The notes under the pieces: generated by a model
Databases searched by the model: none
The model's input: the letters and a program-made list of their open reading frames with translations, nothing else
Told to the model about the DNA's origin: nothing
From: Eledone cirrhosa
Taxonomy: Eukaryota
NCBI GenBank assembly: GCA_964016885.1
Contig: OZ024747.1
Location: forward strand, 41,416,001 to 41,480,000
Reading direction: 5' to 3'
Length of the DNA: 64,000 nt
In this document: positions 25,436-38,672 of the stretch, piece by piece
Layout: each line of letters starts with the position of its first letter
How positions within the stretch are numbered: the stretch's first letter is position 1
Program-made: the position numbers and the translations under genes

Positions 25436-26151
25436 AGAGGCCCTTATCTTTATTATTGATCAAGAATTAAGTGGTCATACATATGTGTATGTGTGCCTGT
25501 GTGTACATACATACATTTTTAAAATATTTATAAAATGATATATAATTTTAAAATGTAACCTGCAAAATATCAAATAGGATTTTACATGTTTTTTCAATGC
25601 CTAATGGTCTCTAAATAAGCATGTTGACAATTAACATTCATTTTCTCAAGTGTGCATTTTATAATGATCTGTATTTCTATCGCTAATATAACAAATGATG
25701 TTTTTACTGTGTTTTTATATCTTAAGCAGTTTTGTTTTACAATTTTTTAAATCCAATTTGATATTTTAATAAGATTTTCTTTTGCTTTTATACTATAAAG
25801 TCTGCTTCGCATTCTCTTCTCTAAACATATTCTTAAGAAGGAGGTTTTAAATTCTAACTGCCCATGAAACTTAATTAATGCTCATTATATAGTTTATTTC
25901 GTAGGTTATGTTCGTGGCCAAGACAGATAAGGCCTCAAGAAGTGAGTTCAATTATATTTTAAGTTGATAACCATAGAATAATGGACTATATTAATCTACA
26001 ATGTTTCAAATCTCTGCGTAACAAAAATAATTTTTCAAAAAAGAGTTTGACTTTCGATTAAAACTTTGGCTCCGTAAAACAAGCACTAAGATGAGATTGT
26101 AAACATTCTTTTGAAAAAATTATACAATTTCCTACCTATTATTAAATACCT

Positions 26152-26376
26152 TGTGGTGATGGATTGGCAGTATCGGTAGAACGTCAGAAAAGATGCTAAC
26201 GGGATATAGTTACGGTCCTTTACGTTCTGAGTTCAAATCCCGCCAAGCTTAGCTTTGCCTTTCATCATTAGGGGATCGATAAAATGAAGTACCAGTAACA
26301 CACTAGGATCGATTTGATCGACGTTCTCCTTCTCTTTAAATTGCTGGCCTTGTGCAAAATATAAAAACAATTATTA
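26152..26376 (+). mobile_element. Nin-domain SINE
   Basis: A/B boxes and gcctttcatc..gatcgataaaatgaagtaccag. Confidence 0.75.
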
Positions 26377-26845
26377 GAAGAAGCAGGTCCATACCGTCCA
26401 ACAGTGTCGTCGGGCGCTGGACGGGGACCGGTTAAATTACTCACGGTCTAGTTTAGAATTAAATGGTTCAGTATTTGATCTGGCTCTCTACGTTTTCAGT
26501 TCCAATAGCATCAAGGACAAATTTACCTTTCATCCTTTGGAAGTCTATAAATAAAGTATCAGTCTAACAGCAGTGGACTAGCAGAATCGTTAAAGAGTTG
26601 GACAGGATATCTTGCGGTATGTAATACCTCCACCCAACCTGTGATCAGCAGATAGTATCAGCAAACTAAAGATTGATAAAGATAATTCTTTTTTTATCGT
26701 ATATTTTTGGTATTTTGACAATACCTCTAGTCGTTTTGCAATATTTCTAATCAATATTATTTCAAATATACCGATTTAAGATATGCTTTTCTTTTTATTA
26801 ATCACACACACACATATATATATATATTATATATATTCATATATA

Positions 26846-26912
<67 letters not shown>

Positions 26913-26913
<1 letters not shown>

Positions 26914-27075
26914 TTATTAAAATAACAGATTAAAGTTTAAGCAAAGAATCGCTGTTTTCACCCTTAACGGGATCTTCTGAAAGCAGCGATTCTTTGTTTA
27001 AACTTTAATCTGTTATTTTAATAAATATTTGCTCTACGGTTCTTATATATTTGATATATATTTATCCTTATTTTA
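26913..27075. mobile_element. Free inverted pLTR remnant of the family that is also present inside Helitron A
   Basis: Palindrome 26913-27025 matching 21730-21795, followed by atttgctctacggttcttatatatttg that matches 17610-17650. Confidence 0.7.
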
Positions 27076-27855
27076 GTCTTCAAATTTATTATTATTACTA
27101 TATATAAATATATATTTATATATATATGACACGTATATCATTCTATAAATCTATATTTTAATTATTGTAGATCTGACAAAATCGTTCTAAAAATTAATAT
27201 TTACAATTCATGGAGCACAATCTCTATTGGGGGAAGAAAGATAGCTACATATGTATATAGCTGTAGGCAACCTTTGTTCTATTGACTATCGATCTTGTCA
27301 ACACGGTGAGCCAGAGAGATGGGGAAGAAGATATCAGAGCTGGTAAGCTGTGATAGACAGAAAGGTATCTTATACACCTTGTAATTAGAAAAACAAAAAC
27401 TAGAGAGAGAGTGGGAGAAAAAAAAGTGTGAAAAAGAAGTGAAAATAAGACAAACGTGAAAAACAAGTTATAAAGAAGTCAACTCTTTCTGATTGTGATT
27501 ATTTTCCTACCCTCCATATATTGGAAAATCTTATTTATGGTTGGTAGTTCTTTGACAATATATTGCACCAACAATCTTGTTTTCTTTCGTATTTCAACAT
27601 TTTGTTTGTTGATGATAAAGCTATATCAGAATTTTTTTTTTTTTTTTCGTTTCAGATATTTTTGCTTTCTTTTTTCCTTTTGCACGTATTTTAACAGAGG
27701 TGTCAATTATGTTAATTATGTTGTTTTAGATACTGGCGTTCGTTGTTTATAGTAATTGAGTTGCCGTATAATCACTTGTTTCTTGGCCCTCTAATATTTA
27801 GCTGCCTGGGCAAACAGAGCCAACGCCTGGGTATTTAGCGCTCGAAGCTAGTTCT

Positions 27856-27982
27856 ATAATTGTTTCTACTTTTGGCACCAGGCCATCAAATACCCAGTGT
27901 ATTACTGGTACTTTATTTTATCGACCCCGTAAGGATGAAAGGCAAAGTTAACCTCGGCGGGATTTGAACTCAGATCATACAG
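27856..27982 (-). mobile_element. 5'-truncated Nin SINE with 17-bp TSD
   Basis: gaagctagttctataat at 27844-27860 and 27983-27999. Confidence 0.85.
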
Positions 27983-28338
27983 GAAGCTAGTTCTATAATG
28001 CACGCCTCCTTCTTCCAGTTATCCGCCTCATTTTCTCAAATGAAATTATTTCAGCCTAGAGTTTGGTATGTTAACAAATCTAGCTTTTGATATTTATTGC
28101 TCTGATAAAAATTACTAAGCATGCATTTTCTACTTCACAGTCAACACTCACCCTCGCCAATTCACATTACAGGCCATAACACCATACGGCCCTTTACACT
28201 ACTTGGAATATTTTCTCAACGTTGCTACACAGAAAAGATGCTTAGATTATTCAAACACGTTTGTGTAAAGAGAAAGAGAAAGACTCCAGCCATCTTTTTT
28301 TTTAAATGCAGAGATTGAATTCTCTCTCTATTTAAGAG

Positions 28339-29170
28339 AAATAATTGTTTCTACTTTTGGCACAAGGCCAGCAATTACCCAGCGCATTACTAGTACTTTA
28401 TTTTATCGACCCCGTAAGGATGAAAGGCAAAGTTAACCTCGGCGGGATTTGAACTCAGAATGGAAAGGGCCGTAACTCTATGCGTCAAAGCATGTCGTCC
28501 GACCCTCTACCGATACTGCCAATCCATAATGCATGTTGTGTAGGCGGCGAACTAGCAGAGTCGTTAGAAGGTTGGATAAAATGCTTTGCGGTATTCGATC
28601 CGGTTCTCTACACTCTGTGATCAAAATACGCCGAGGTCAACTTTGCCTTTCATCCTTTCGAGGTCGATAAAAAAAAGTACCAGTCAAGTACTAGGGTTGA
28701 TTCTTCCTCTATGTCTCTTTCTCACGTTCATTCTCTTTCTCTTTATCCTTCTCAAGAAGAAATCTGCTGTATTCAGACCTGCAGAGGAGATGGGCTCCGC
28801 CAGGTTTTAAAAATGCCCTAGAAATGTCGTATGTAAATACAGCACCCCCTCATTGGTTACGGGACCATACATAATATACATGTTACATAGGCAGCGAATT
28901 GGCAGAGCCGTTAGAATGTTGGATAGAATGCTTTTCTGTCTTCATTCCGGCTCTCTCAGCTTTGTGTTCAAAATGCGCCGAGGTCAACTTTGCATTTCAT
29001 CCATTCGAAGTCGATAAAAAACAGCATCAGTCAAGTACTGAGGTCTATTCTTCCGAAAGAACGAAAAGAAAAGTTGACCCCGTAGTATTCAGAATGTAAA
29101 GTGCCAGAACAAATTCTGCAATGGTATTTTATCCGACACCCCTACCAATTCTGCCAATCCACTACCCTAA
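28339..29170. mobile_element. Cluster of Nin SINEs (28339-28526 -, 28542-28700 +, 28889-29045 +, 29050-29170 -)
   Basis: Repeated A/B boxes and Nin core in both orientations. Confidence 0.75.
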
Positions 29171-30222
29171 CATAAATATTTTTGAAATACAAATTTGGTT
29201 ACGCTTTGCCATTTTCAGCAGCAAGCTGCACCTGCACACTCGTCGTCGTGGAAACCATCTCTCTAACAGTTAACCCTACACCCACACGTTTGCAAAGACA
29301 AGGTTATCCATTTATTGCTTGTACTAAAACCATTATTCCTTGTTTTATAGATATTTGAAGAACGGCAACTGTTGTGAACTTGCGAATGTTTTCTTTCGTT
29401 ATCTAGAAACATCTACTTGACCATTCTTTTATGCTAAGTTCTATGTATGTTTTATGTATGTATCTTCTTTTGGTAGGAGGAAGGCGGTGAGTTGGTAGTC
29501 TCTAGAGTATGGGATTAAAAAGTGATTCAGTATTTCTTCCAGAGAAGGAGAAAGAGCGTGTGTATGAGAAGTGAGAAAGAGTTAGGGAGGAAGAATCGAC
29601 CCCAGTACTGGACTGATCCCTTTTTTATCGACCTCGAAAGGATAGAAGGCAAAATATACGACTTGAACTTTATTTTACCAACCACGGAATGATGAAAGGC
29701 AATGTAGGAAGGAATTGTGCAAGGTTTTCTCTCCGACGTCTAACAACTCGGTCGATTGGCCTCCGCCGCGCTCTTTAAGTTAATAAATGTCATTAATAAC
29801 TTACAGTCTTTTACCAGTTACGAGAGAAAAACACACTAAAATTATTTTTCTTATTCCTGTCAGAGTTTTAAGGAAAACAACAGAAATAAACACTACTGAA
29901 TCAATGTTGTCAGTGGGATTGATATTTTCTAAGATTGAATTTGTTCGTGTCTGAAATAATTCATTTTCAATTTCGTAGCAAAAAAAAACTTAATATTCTC
30001 TTTGGTGAGCTTTGAAGATATTATTCGTAGACAATTTCTGGCAGGCGTTTCATGGAAATTTCCTTTATTGAATGTTCTTTTTAATGCAGCAACTCATTAA
30101 GTACAAACCGAGAACAGGCTTTAAATCTTGGATTTAAAGAGAGGAGCGTTTCTTGTTGTCACATGTCAATTGGATTACAAAACTTATATTCCTTGTATCT
30201 GTGTGAGTGTGTGCGTATCTAT

Positions 30223-30264
<42 letters not shown>

Positions 30265-30280
30265 ACGTGTGCGTACGTGC

Positions 30281-30313
<33 letters not shown>

Positions 30314-30681
30314 GGTGTGCGTGCGCGCGCGTGTGTGTGTGTGTGATGTTAAAGAGCGTCTTTGTTTTATACTAAGTAAGCGCATTAAAGAAAATTCCAG
30401 CTAGCTAGTGTAGTAAATGAGACACAGGCATATTAACTGTTGCTGCTGTTAACCAAAAGTAATCTTAAACTCAGAATCGTGAAAAGATGCAATATGGTTG
30501 ATGTATGCAGTTCTTCTTCTTCTTCTTCTTCTTCTCACATAACTCTTCTTATCTACCTGTATAATTCTACGCCAGATAATTCTTGATCAACCTCATCATT
30601 ATTTTCGTTGGCGATTCCATTCAAGAACTTTTCTCGTAATTGGCTTGGTTTGCAATGGTGCCAAATTATCTCCTGGTTCTT

Positions 30682-30860
30682 AATATTGGTTTCTAATTTA
30701 GGCACAAAGCCAGAAATAATTTAGTGAAAGGGCAAAGTTGGTTAAATCTACCACAGAACTGGACTAGTATTTTATTTTATCGTTGACTTCGGTGGAATTT
30801 GAACACAGGACGTAAAAGGTCGGAAGACATACCCCAAAGCCCTTCGTCCACCACCCTTTC
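30682..30860 (-). mobile_element. Nin SINE (diverged)
   Basis: Tail ggtttctaatttaggcacaaagcc and B box; possible TSD cttaata. Confidence 0.6.
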
Positions 30861-31799
30861 TCATGATCCTTAATAAGACAACCAAAACTATTCCACTCTT
30901 TTTTTTTTTTACTGAATGCAGAGTCTTCTGTTATACCCCAGCATTATAAAACATTGCTTGCTTTTTTTTTTTTACTTTATTTTAAGAAAGACATTTCAAA
31001 ACTCAAGAATGACGGATTTGTGTTGTTAAGAACGCTGTTCTAAATAAGAATCGTGAGTAAAGTATTGGATATTTCCTGTCTGGATATCTTACGTAAAACA
31101 ATGTCGTGATAACTGTAATAAAGAGTATTTATTTCGAATGACAATGCAGTCACAGAAAACATCGAGACTTAATTATAAAGGTTTGTAAATAGTAAGTGTA
31201 TGACGTTGTTGTTTTGTTACCGTAGTCAGGTTAATAGACCTTAATCTATTTGAAACATTTCACTGCAGACGTGGACAACAAAAGAAAAGACAATGTAGTT
31301 TATGGGTGATTTTCTGAAGTCAAAAAATATTTTCTACTAAGCATTTCGGCGATGTTCTATCAACTCTTCCAATCCTCCACCTACATAATTAATTATAACA
31401 AATAAAATGCTACAGTCATATCCATATATTAATAAAACACACATACACATTTATATACATACATACATACATTCACACCATAACCAATATAGGTTTTCGG
31501 ACGTGCTATTTACAAATTAAAAAATATGCTAAATATTATTCAAGTAGAGGTGATTAAAATGATATACATTGACCCACATAAGTATGTGCCTGCACACATC
31601 CATACACCTAATGTTCTGGTGAATATGGTTCAGGTATGCATGCATGGTGGTCGTAGGAGGTTCGGTAGTGGCATGCGGTGTTTCTTGGACATTTTAAACT
31701 TGGCAGAGCCCATCCCTTTCCAGGTCTGAATATAGTAGATTTCTTCCAGAGTAAGATAGAAAGTGAGCAAGAGAGAGAGGGGAAGTGAAAATAAGATAT

Positions 31800-31965
31800 A
31801 GAAGAAGAATCAACCTCAGTACTAGGCTGGTACTTCTTTTATCAACCTCGAAAGGATGAAAGGCAAAGTTGACCACGGCAGGATTTGAACTCAGAGAGCA
31901 GAGAGTCGGAGTGAGTACTGCAAAGCATTCTATCCGACATTCTAATGACTCTGCAATTTCGTCGA
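31800..31965 (-). mobile_element. Nin SINE
   Basis: ctggtact..acctcgaaaggatgaaaggcaaagttgacc..ggatttgaactc. Confidence 0.7.
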
Positions 31966-32438
31966 GGATTCAGCTATAGAAGAAACTATATATTTTCAGG
32001 TTCAAGGCTATATACTGTAGTAAAATAAGCAGTATGTACATTAAATAAATACCAGTTATAACTAATGTCATCTCCTCTTCCAGTTACAAGAGAATATAAG
32101 TTGAAATCAATATTCTAGTTTCTGTTGCAGTTTTTATTTTGTTGATAAATATTTTTTGTATCAAATCAATAGTTGTGATAAGATAAATCAATGCGGATTT
32201 TATTATTTATTTCTTTTTAAGAAATAAAATAGTCAATGGTTCCATTAAAAATTATTAGAATGTGACCTATTGTTTTTTACGAATGAAATAAATATTCTCT
32301 TTCATTACAATACAGCTATACATTCAACAGATAAATAAATAAAAGGTAAGTAATACAAATTGGAAATAAATTGATAGTTTAATAAAACAAAATACCTATT
32401 ACATGTTTACCGTTTATTATTTCTATGACTTCTTCTAG

Positions 32439-33012
32439 GGCGGTGGATTGGCAGTATCGGTAGAGGGTCGGACGCCATGCTTTGCAGCATAGTTACGTCC
32501 CTTTACGGACTGAGTTCAAATCCCGCCGAGGTTAACTTTGCCTTTCATCCTTACGGGGTCGATAAAATAAAGTACCAGTAATGCACTGGGTAATTGCTGG
32601 CCTTGTGCCTAAAGTAGAAACAATTATTTCTATGACTTGGCAGAATCGTTAAAGGGTCTGACGCCATGCTTTGCAACATAGAGTTACGGCCCTTTCCATT
32701 CTGAGTTCAAATCCCGCCGAGGTTAACTTTGCCTTTCATCCTTACAGGGTCGATAAAATAAAGTACCAGTAATGCACTGGGTAATTGCTGGCCTTGTGCC
32801 TAAAGTAGAAACAATTATTTCTATGTGGACTGGCAGTATCGGTAGAGGGTCGGACGCCATGCTTTGACGCATAGAGTTACGGCCCTTGCCATTCTGAGTT
32901 CAAATTCCGCCGAGGTTAACTTTGCCTTTCATCCTTACGGGGTCGATAAAATAAAGTACAAGTAATGCACTGGGTAATTGCTGGCCTTGTGCCAAAAGTA
33001 GAAACAATTATT
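32439..33012 (+). mobile_element. Three tandem Nin SINEs
   Basis: Units 32439-32630, 32637-32822 and 32826-33012, each ending in aattatttctat. Confidence 0.88.
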
Positions 33013-33274
33013 TCTATATATACAACATTGTATACTGGAATTTGCACAAACTGTGTATAGACAACACCTTTTGTAAATTTTTATTTTCGTCAGTGGAACG
33101 CATACGAAAGTCTCTTGATGTGGTAAATTAATTTTGTTTAGCAAATGTGTTTTAACCTGTAAGGTACCCCATCTTTATTAGCAACAACGAATACCTGACC
33201 ATGTGTGAATGCTGGAGTAAGGAGATAAATCTCTCATTTTTATAAGCTTTACTCTTCTGTTTATTGACAAAACA

Positions 33275-33487
33275 GTTTCTGATTTGGGCACTAGACCAAC
33301 AATTTTGAGGGAGGGGAAATCGATTAAATCCACCCCAGTGTATTACTGGTACTTTATTTTGTCGACCCTGTAACGATGAAAGGAAAAGCTAACCTCGGCG
33401 GGATTTGAACTCAGAATGTAAAGAGACGTATCTCTATCCCGCAAGGCATATTGTCTGGTGTTCTATTGAGACTGGCAATCCACTGCC
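33275..33487 (-). mobile_element. Nin SINE
   Basis: Nin core and B box on the minus strand. Confidence 0.75.
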
Positions 33488-33849
33488 CGTTTGTTTATTG
33501 ACATAATAAATGCGAGTTTGAGAAGAGATTGACATCTTAAAGTAAGATGTGGTCAGGAGATCGATTCCCCGACCGAGAGACACATTGTGTCTTTGAGCAA
33601 AACACTTTATTTCACTTTGTTCCAATCAACTCAGCTGGAAAAAATAAATTACAGCTACATTAGTATCAAGATGTATCGGTCTGTACCTTTCCTTTGAACA
33701 ACATTTGTGGCGAAGAGTAGGGAGAAACTTGAGTGCAAGGGCGGCAACTGGTCTTGCACAAAACATCTTGCTTGAGTTCTTAGTTCGTAGAGGAACTTTC
33801 AAAGTACAAATGCGTGGGTCTCATTTCACATCTGGTCGCTGGATGATAT

Positions 33850-34100
33850 AGCAAAGTACGTCCTACGTCAACATTTACTTGCATTTATCTGAGTGTCAAT
33901 TGCAGATAAAGTTCTACATGGTGATCAGTTACTAACACTGTTCGTGTTTCTGTGGTCAACACTTCGCAACACTAGTGCGACTCCAATTTTTATTTTACCA
34001 CTGTCACTTATGTTGAGAAAATGAAGAAATTCTGATGGATACAGATCTCATTGGTTGTTATCTGTGGCTGTGGCTGCACTGTTAGTGCATAAAATAACAG
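33850..34100 (-). pseudogene. Very degraded PIF1-like (Helitron RepHel) helicase remnant
   Basis: Manual translation DLYPSEFLHFLNISDSGKIKIGVALVLRSVD resembles the YPxEFLNSL..LKIG..LRN motif. Confidence 0.4.
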
Positions 34101-34311
34101 TAATAAATATAGAAGATATTTAGCCTATCCCTCGGGCTTTAAATGCTGAGAATATAGAGTTACGATAAAGGATGATGCGCTCATAGCGGCCAATGGCAAC
34201 TACTTTTTCCGACTTTTAAGGTTCTTCACACAATTTTATAAGCTATTTAAAGCATCTCAGTGCATGAGCACATCATCTTTATATTAACAATAAATATATT
34301 CTTTCTAACAT

Positions 34312-34508
34312 TGTCACAAGGCCAGCAATTTTGGGAAAAGTCGATTATATCAGCACCAGTACTTATATGATACTTTATTTTATCGACCACTGGAAGATTG
34401 AAGGGCAAATGACCTCGGTGGGATTTGGACTCGGAACACAAAAAGTCATAACTAAATACTGCAAGACATTTTGTCCGACGCTCTACCGGTTCTGCCAATC
34501 TACCGCCC
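34312..34508 (-). mobile_element. Nin SINE
   Basis: Nin core and ggcggtagattggcag head on the minus strand. Confidence 0.7.
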
Positions 34509-34849
34509 TTAAAATAGCAATAATAAATCTATATGTGCATACACGCGCGTATGTGTGTGTGCATACATATATTTGTGTGTATATGTGTGTATGTGTCTGT
34601 GTGTGTATGTGTGTATGTGTGTGTGTGTCTATACCTTTCCCGTAACATAATGGATTATCAAAACAGAGAGATTGATAAAATATGTACCAAGAAAAATACG
34701 TACTGGGATCGATATGATTGACTAAATTAAGCGGTGCCTCGGCAAGGCCGCTGTCTAATGACTAAAGCAGTAAAAGATTAAAATAGGAAGAAAGAAAGAT
34801 AGTAAAAACAAATGAAGCCAGCGGGGACTAAAAGAAACACAGAAATACA

Positions 34850-34888
34850 TATACACGCAATGAACACAAACACACAGACACAGACACA

Positions 34889-34929
<41 letters not shown>

Positions 34930-35116
34930 ACAGAAACAATCAAAAACAGAAATACACACACACAGATACAAACACGCACACAGAAACACATTACGTAGAT
35001 ACACACACACACCCACAAACGCACAAACATACAAACACACATATAGAAACACATATACGTAGATACACACACACACACACACACAAACATACACATAGAA
35101 ACACATATACGTAGAT

Positions 35117-35147
<31 letters not shown>

Positions 35148-35172
35148 TACACATAGAAACACATATACGTAG

Positions 35173-35203
<31 letters not shown>

Positions 35204-35277
35204 TACACATAGAAGCACATATACGTAGATACACACACACACACAAACATACACATAGAAACATATATACGTAGATA

Positions 35278-35310
<33 letters not shown>

Positions 35311-35745
35311 ACACGCACAAACATACACATAGAAACACATATACGTAGATACACACACACACAACAGACTCACACACAAACGCACAAACATACAAACACA
35401 CACATAGAAACACATGTACGTAGATATACACACACACATATGCACACATACACACACACATATATATACACACACACACGCACAAAACTCACACGAATGC
35501 ATACATACACACACATACACATACAAAAAGAATGAAATAAGAAAAGAAACAATGGAGTGGAATAAATGAACAGTAATATAAAAACAAAAGGAACTAAGAA
35601 GAAAGTTATTTGGGTTTTGTTAAATGTGTTTATGTCTTATGGTGGAAACATAATTTCCCCAGAGTTAAAATGATATATGTGTTCAATCAAAGTCTGTATT
35701 TTATCAAACTGACTGCAGCCTGCTTATGAACTTATAAATGTACGA

Positions 35746-35776
<31 letters not shown>

Positions 35777-36002
35777 TACATACGTATATATATATATATA
35801 TATATATACGTATGTATATACATACGTATATATACATACGTATATATATATATATATATATATATATACGTATGTATATACATACGTATATATACATACG
35901 TATATATATATATATATATATATATACGTATGTATATCTATAACTCTCTATATTTATGTTTATATCTATGTATGTATATATATATATGTGTATATCTATA
36001 TG

Positions 36003-36069
<67 letters not shown>

Positions 36070-36077
36070 ACATATTT

Positions 36078-36165
<88 letters not shown>
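34850..36165. repeat. (CA)n/(TA)n microsatellites, including a higher-order unit acatatacgtagata(ca)n aacatacacatagaa
   Basis: Unit repeated about 8 times in 34980-35430. Confidence 0.9.
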
Positions 36166-36168
<3 letters not shown>

Positions 36169-37084
36169 GGTAAATATCTCTCTGGGTACTAAGTACCCAT
36201 AGAGATATATAAGGTGTCTATAATATAATTGTTGTTCTATGGTACTAATTTGAGATACCAGAACTATAAAAGTTGAGGTGAGCAGAACAAACAAACATTA
36301 AACAATCCTTTAAATAAATTAAAAAATGATTTAAATATCTACCTGTTCATATATATATATATTTATATATTTATATATATATATATATGTGTGTGTGTAA
36401 ATATATGTATATACCCGCCATATAGCAAGTACTAATCGAGTTGTTTGAGGCAATCACAAAGCACTCAATGGATCGAGAAGCTAAACATTATCGTCCAGAG
36501 TAAAACACAACAGTTATAAAGTCTGAAACCAAGAAAAACAACCGAATGCAGCGGCCATACTTATACTACAACAACGATGAATACAAAAGGGTGGAAGGGT
36601 GGATTTCATGAGCGAGAGAGGTACAGACCGTGTTGATGTGTGTGAGATGTGAGCAAGAAGAGACCCACACAAGCAAACCTCTCTCGCTCATGAAGTCCAC
36701 CCAGCTTATGCTGACCGGACAACCATGTTGCTTGTTTATTTTCCTATCTTCGGTTTGCTTTTATCCTTCTATGTTGTTTACTTGTCCCCCTCGCCTTACG
36801 CGAATTCTGGTCCCAATAACTTTTTTTAGTTATTGCTCGCACCAACCTGAGGTATCTGATTTTTAATGCGATGAAATACCAATGATGGTTGGAAAATCAC
36901 TGACGAAGGACTATTTTTATCATATGTAACCCATGTGCAAACCACGCAGTATTCTTTTCTTCTCATGTTTATATATATCTATATATATATATATGTGTGT
37001 GTGTCTGTGTGTGTGTGTGTATGTATATATGTATATATAGATATATATGTTTATATATATATGTATATGTATATATATATATGT

Positions 37085-37625
37085 TTTAATATAGATGAGA
37101 TTCTACAGGACTAGTACTGTTTCATTCTTTAGAAATCATCAGGAATCTGGGTATCAAAAAATAATAAGTATGGTATTTATAGGTTTCTTCAGGTGGTAGG
37201 AGAGGGTAGGGAGTGGGATGGGTGTAGGTCATTGGTTGATAGAAAAGGGAATTCATTAAAAGCTAATTCTTCAAAGCTATTGTTCATTTTTAGAGTAACA
37301 AAGACAGAAAGAATTCTATAAACAAGTTCAGGATGGGGGGCCACTCCTTATTTTTAAGTTTCTCTTAAGCTAACAGGTGTCTATAAGATCATTAGGGGTC
37401 AGTCATGGTTGATGGATTTAAAGAAAAGGGAGATTCTTTAAAAGCTAAATTCTTTAAGGTTCTACTAAGTGACAAAGGCCTAGAGAATTCTATAGACCAA
37501 TTCAAAATATTGAGTGCATTATGATTATCCTCAAATTTCTCTTAAACTATTCAACTATATGCCAAAAATCAACAGACACATTCACAAACACACTCACACA
37601 CTCGCGCGCACCCACATACACCCAC

Positions 37626-37683
<58 letters not shown>

Positions 37684-37839
37684 ATATACATATATATATA
37701 CATATACACACACATATATATACACACATACACATACATACATATATACACATATATATATACATATATATATATACACACACATATATATACACACATA
37801 TATATATATACACGTACACACATACACACATACATATAC

Positions 37840-37870
<31 letters not shown>

Positions 37871-38073
37871 TACATACATACACCTACATATACACATATA
37901 CACACATACACACATATACACATATACATGTACACACATACACATATACACATACATATATACACACATACACATATATATATATATACACATACACACA
38001 TATATATATATACATATATATACATATATATATGTATATATACACATATATATATATACATATACACATACAT

Positions 38074-38116
<43 letters not shown>

Positions 38117-38170
38117 TATATACACATATATACACACATACACACATACACACATACACACATATATAAA
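37085..38170 (-). mobile_element. Inverted PLE tail (left arm of a 10.5-kb inverted repeat)
   Basis: Reverse complement of 46217-46975 plus 47180-47529, including the microsatellite pattern. Confidence 0.8.
37098..37148 (-). ncRNA. Type I hammerhead with full stem III
   Basis: AGAUUC-CUGAUGA-uUUCuaaaGAAu-GAAACAG-uacuaguc-CUGUA-GAAUCU. Confidence 0.8.
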
Positions 38171-38267
38171 TAAATACACACACAAAGAACCACACAAACA
38201 CATACACACTTATACACACACACACACACACACATATATATACACACATATATATATATATATATAC

Positions 38268-38298
<31 letters not shown>

Positions 38299-38672
38299 CA
38301 CACATATATACATGTGCACACGCGCGTGCGTGCGCATGCGTATGCATGTACATGTATGCACCTGCAGATACACATGTGTATACCTATATGCACGTATGTG
38401 CACATGCACATGCACACATGTACACATGTACACATACACACACATATACGCACACGTACATACATACACATATATATACATATAAATACACACATATATA
38501 CACATACACATATATATATATACACACATACATATACATGTGCATGTGCATATATGCATGTGCGCATGCGCATGCATGTGCACATGTGTGCATCTGCGCA
38601 TGCGCACGCATGTGCGTGTGTATATACATATACACACACATACATATACACACACATATATACATACATACA

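Noticed and set aside
29220-31100. Short open stretches on the minus strand (29220-29410, 30557-30680) as host exons or Helitron Rep remnants
   Set aside because: No consistent frame with splice sites and no recognisable domain; needs RNA-seq or a homology search
36895-36955. CTGACGA near an inverted repeat (36597-36702)
   Set aside because: A convincing stem II/GAAA/stem I could not be built; at most a decayed motif
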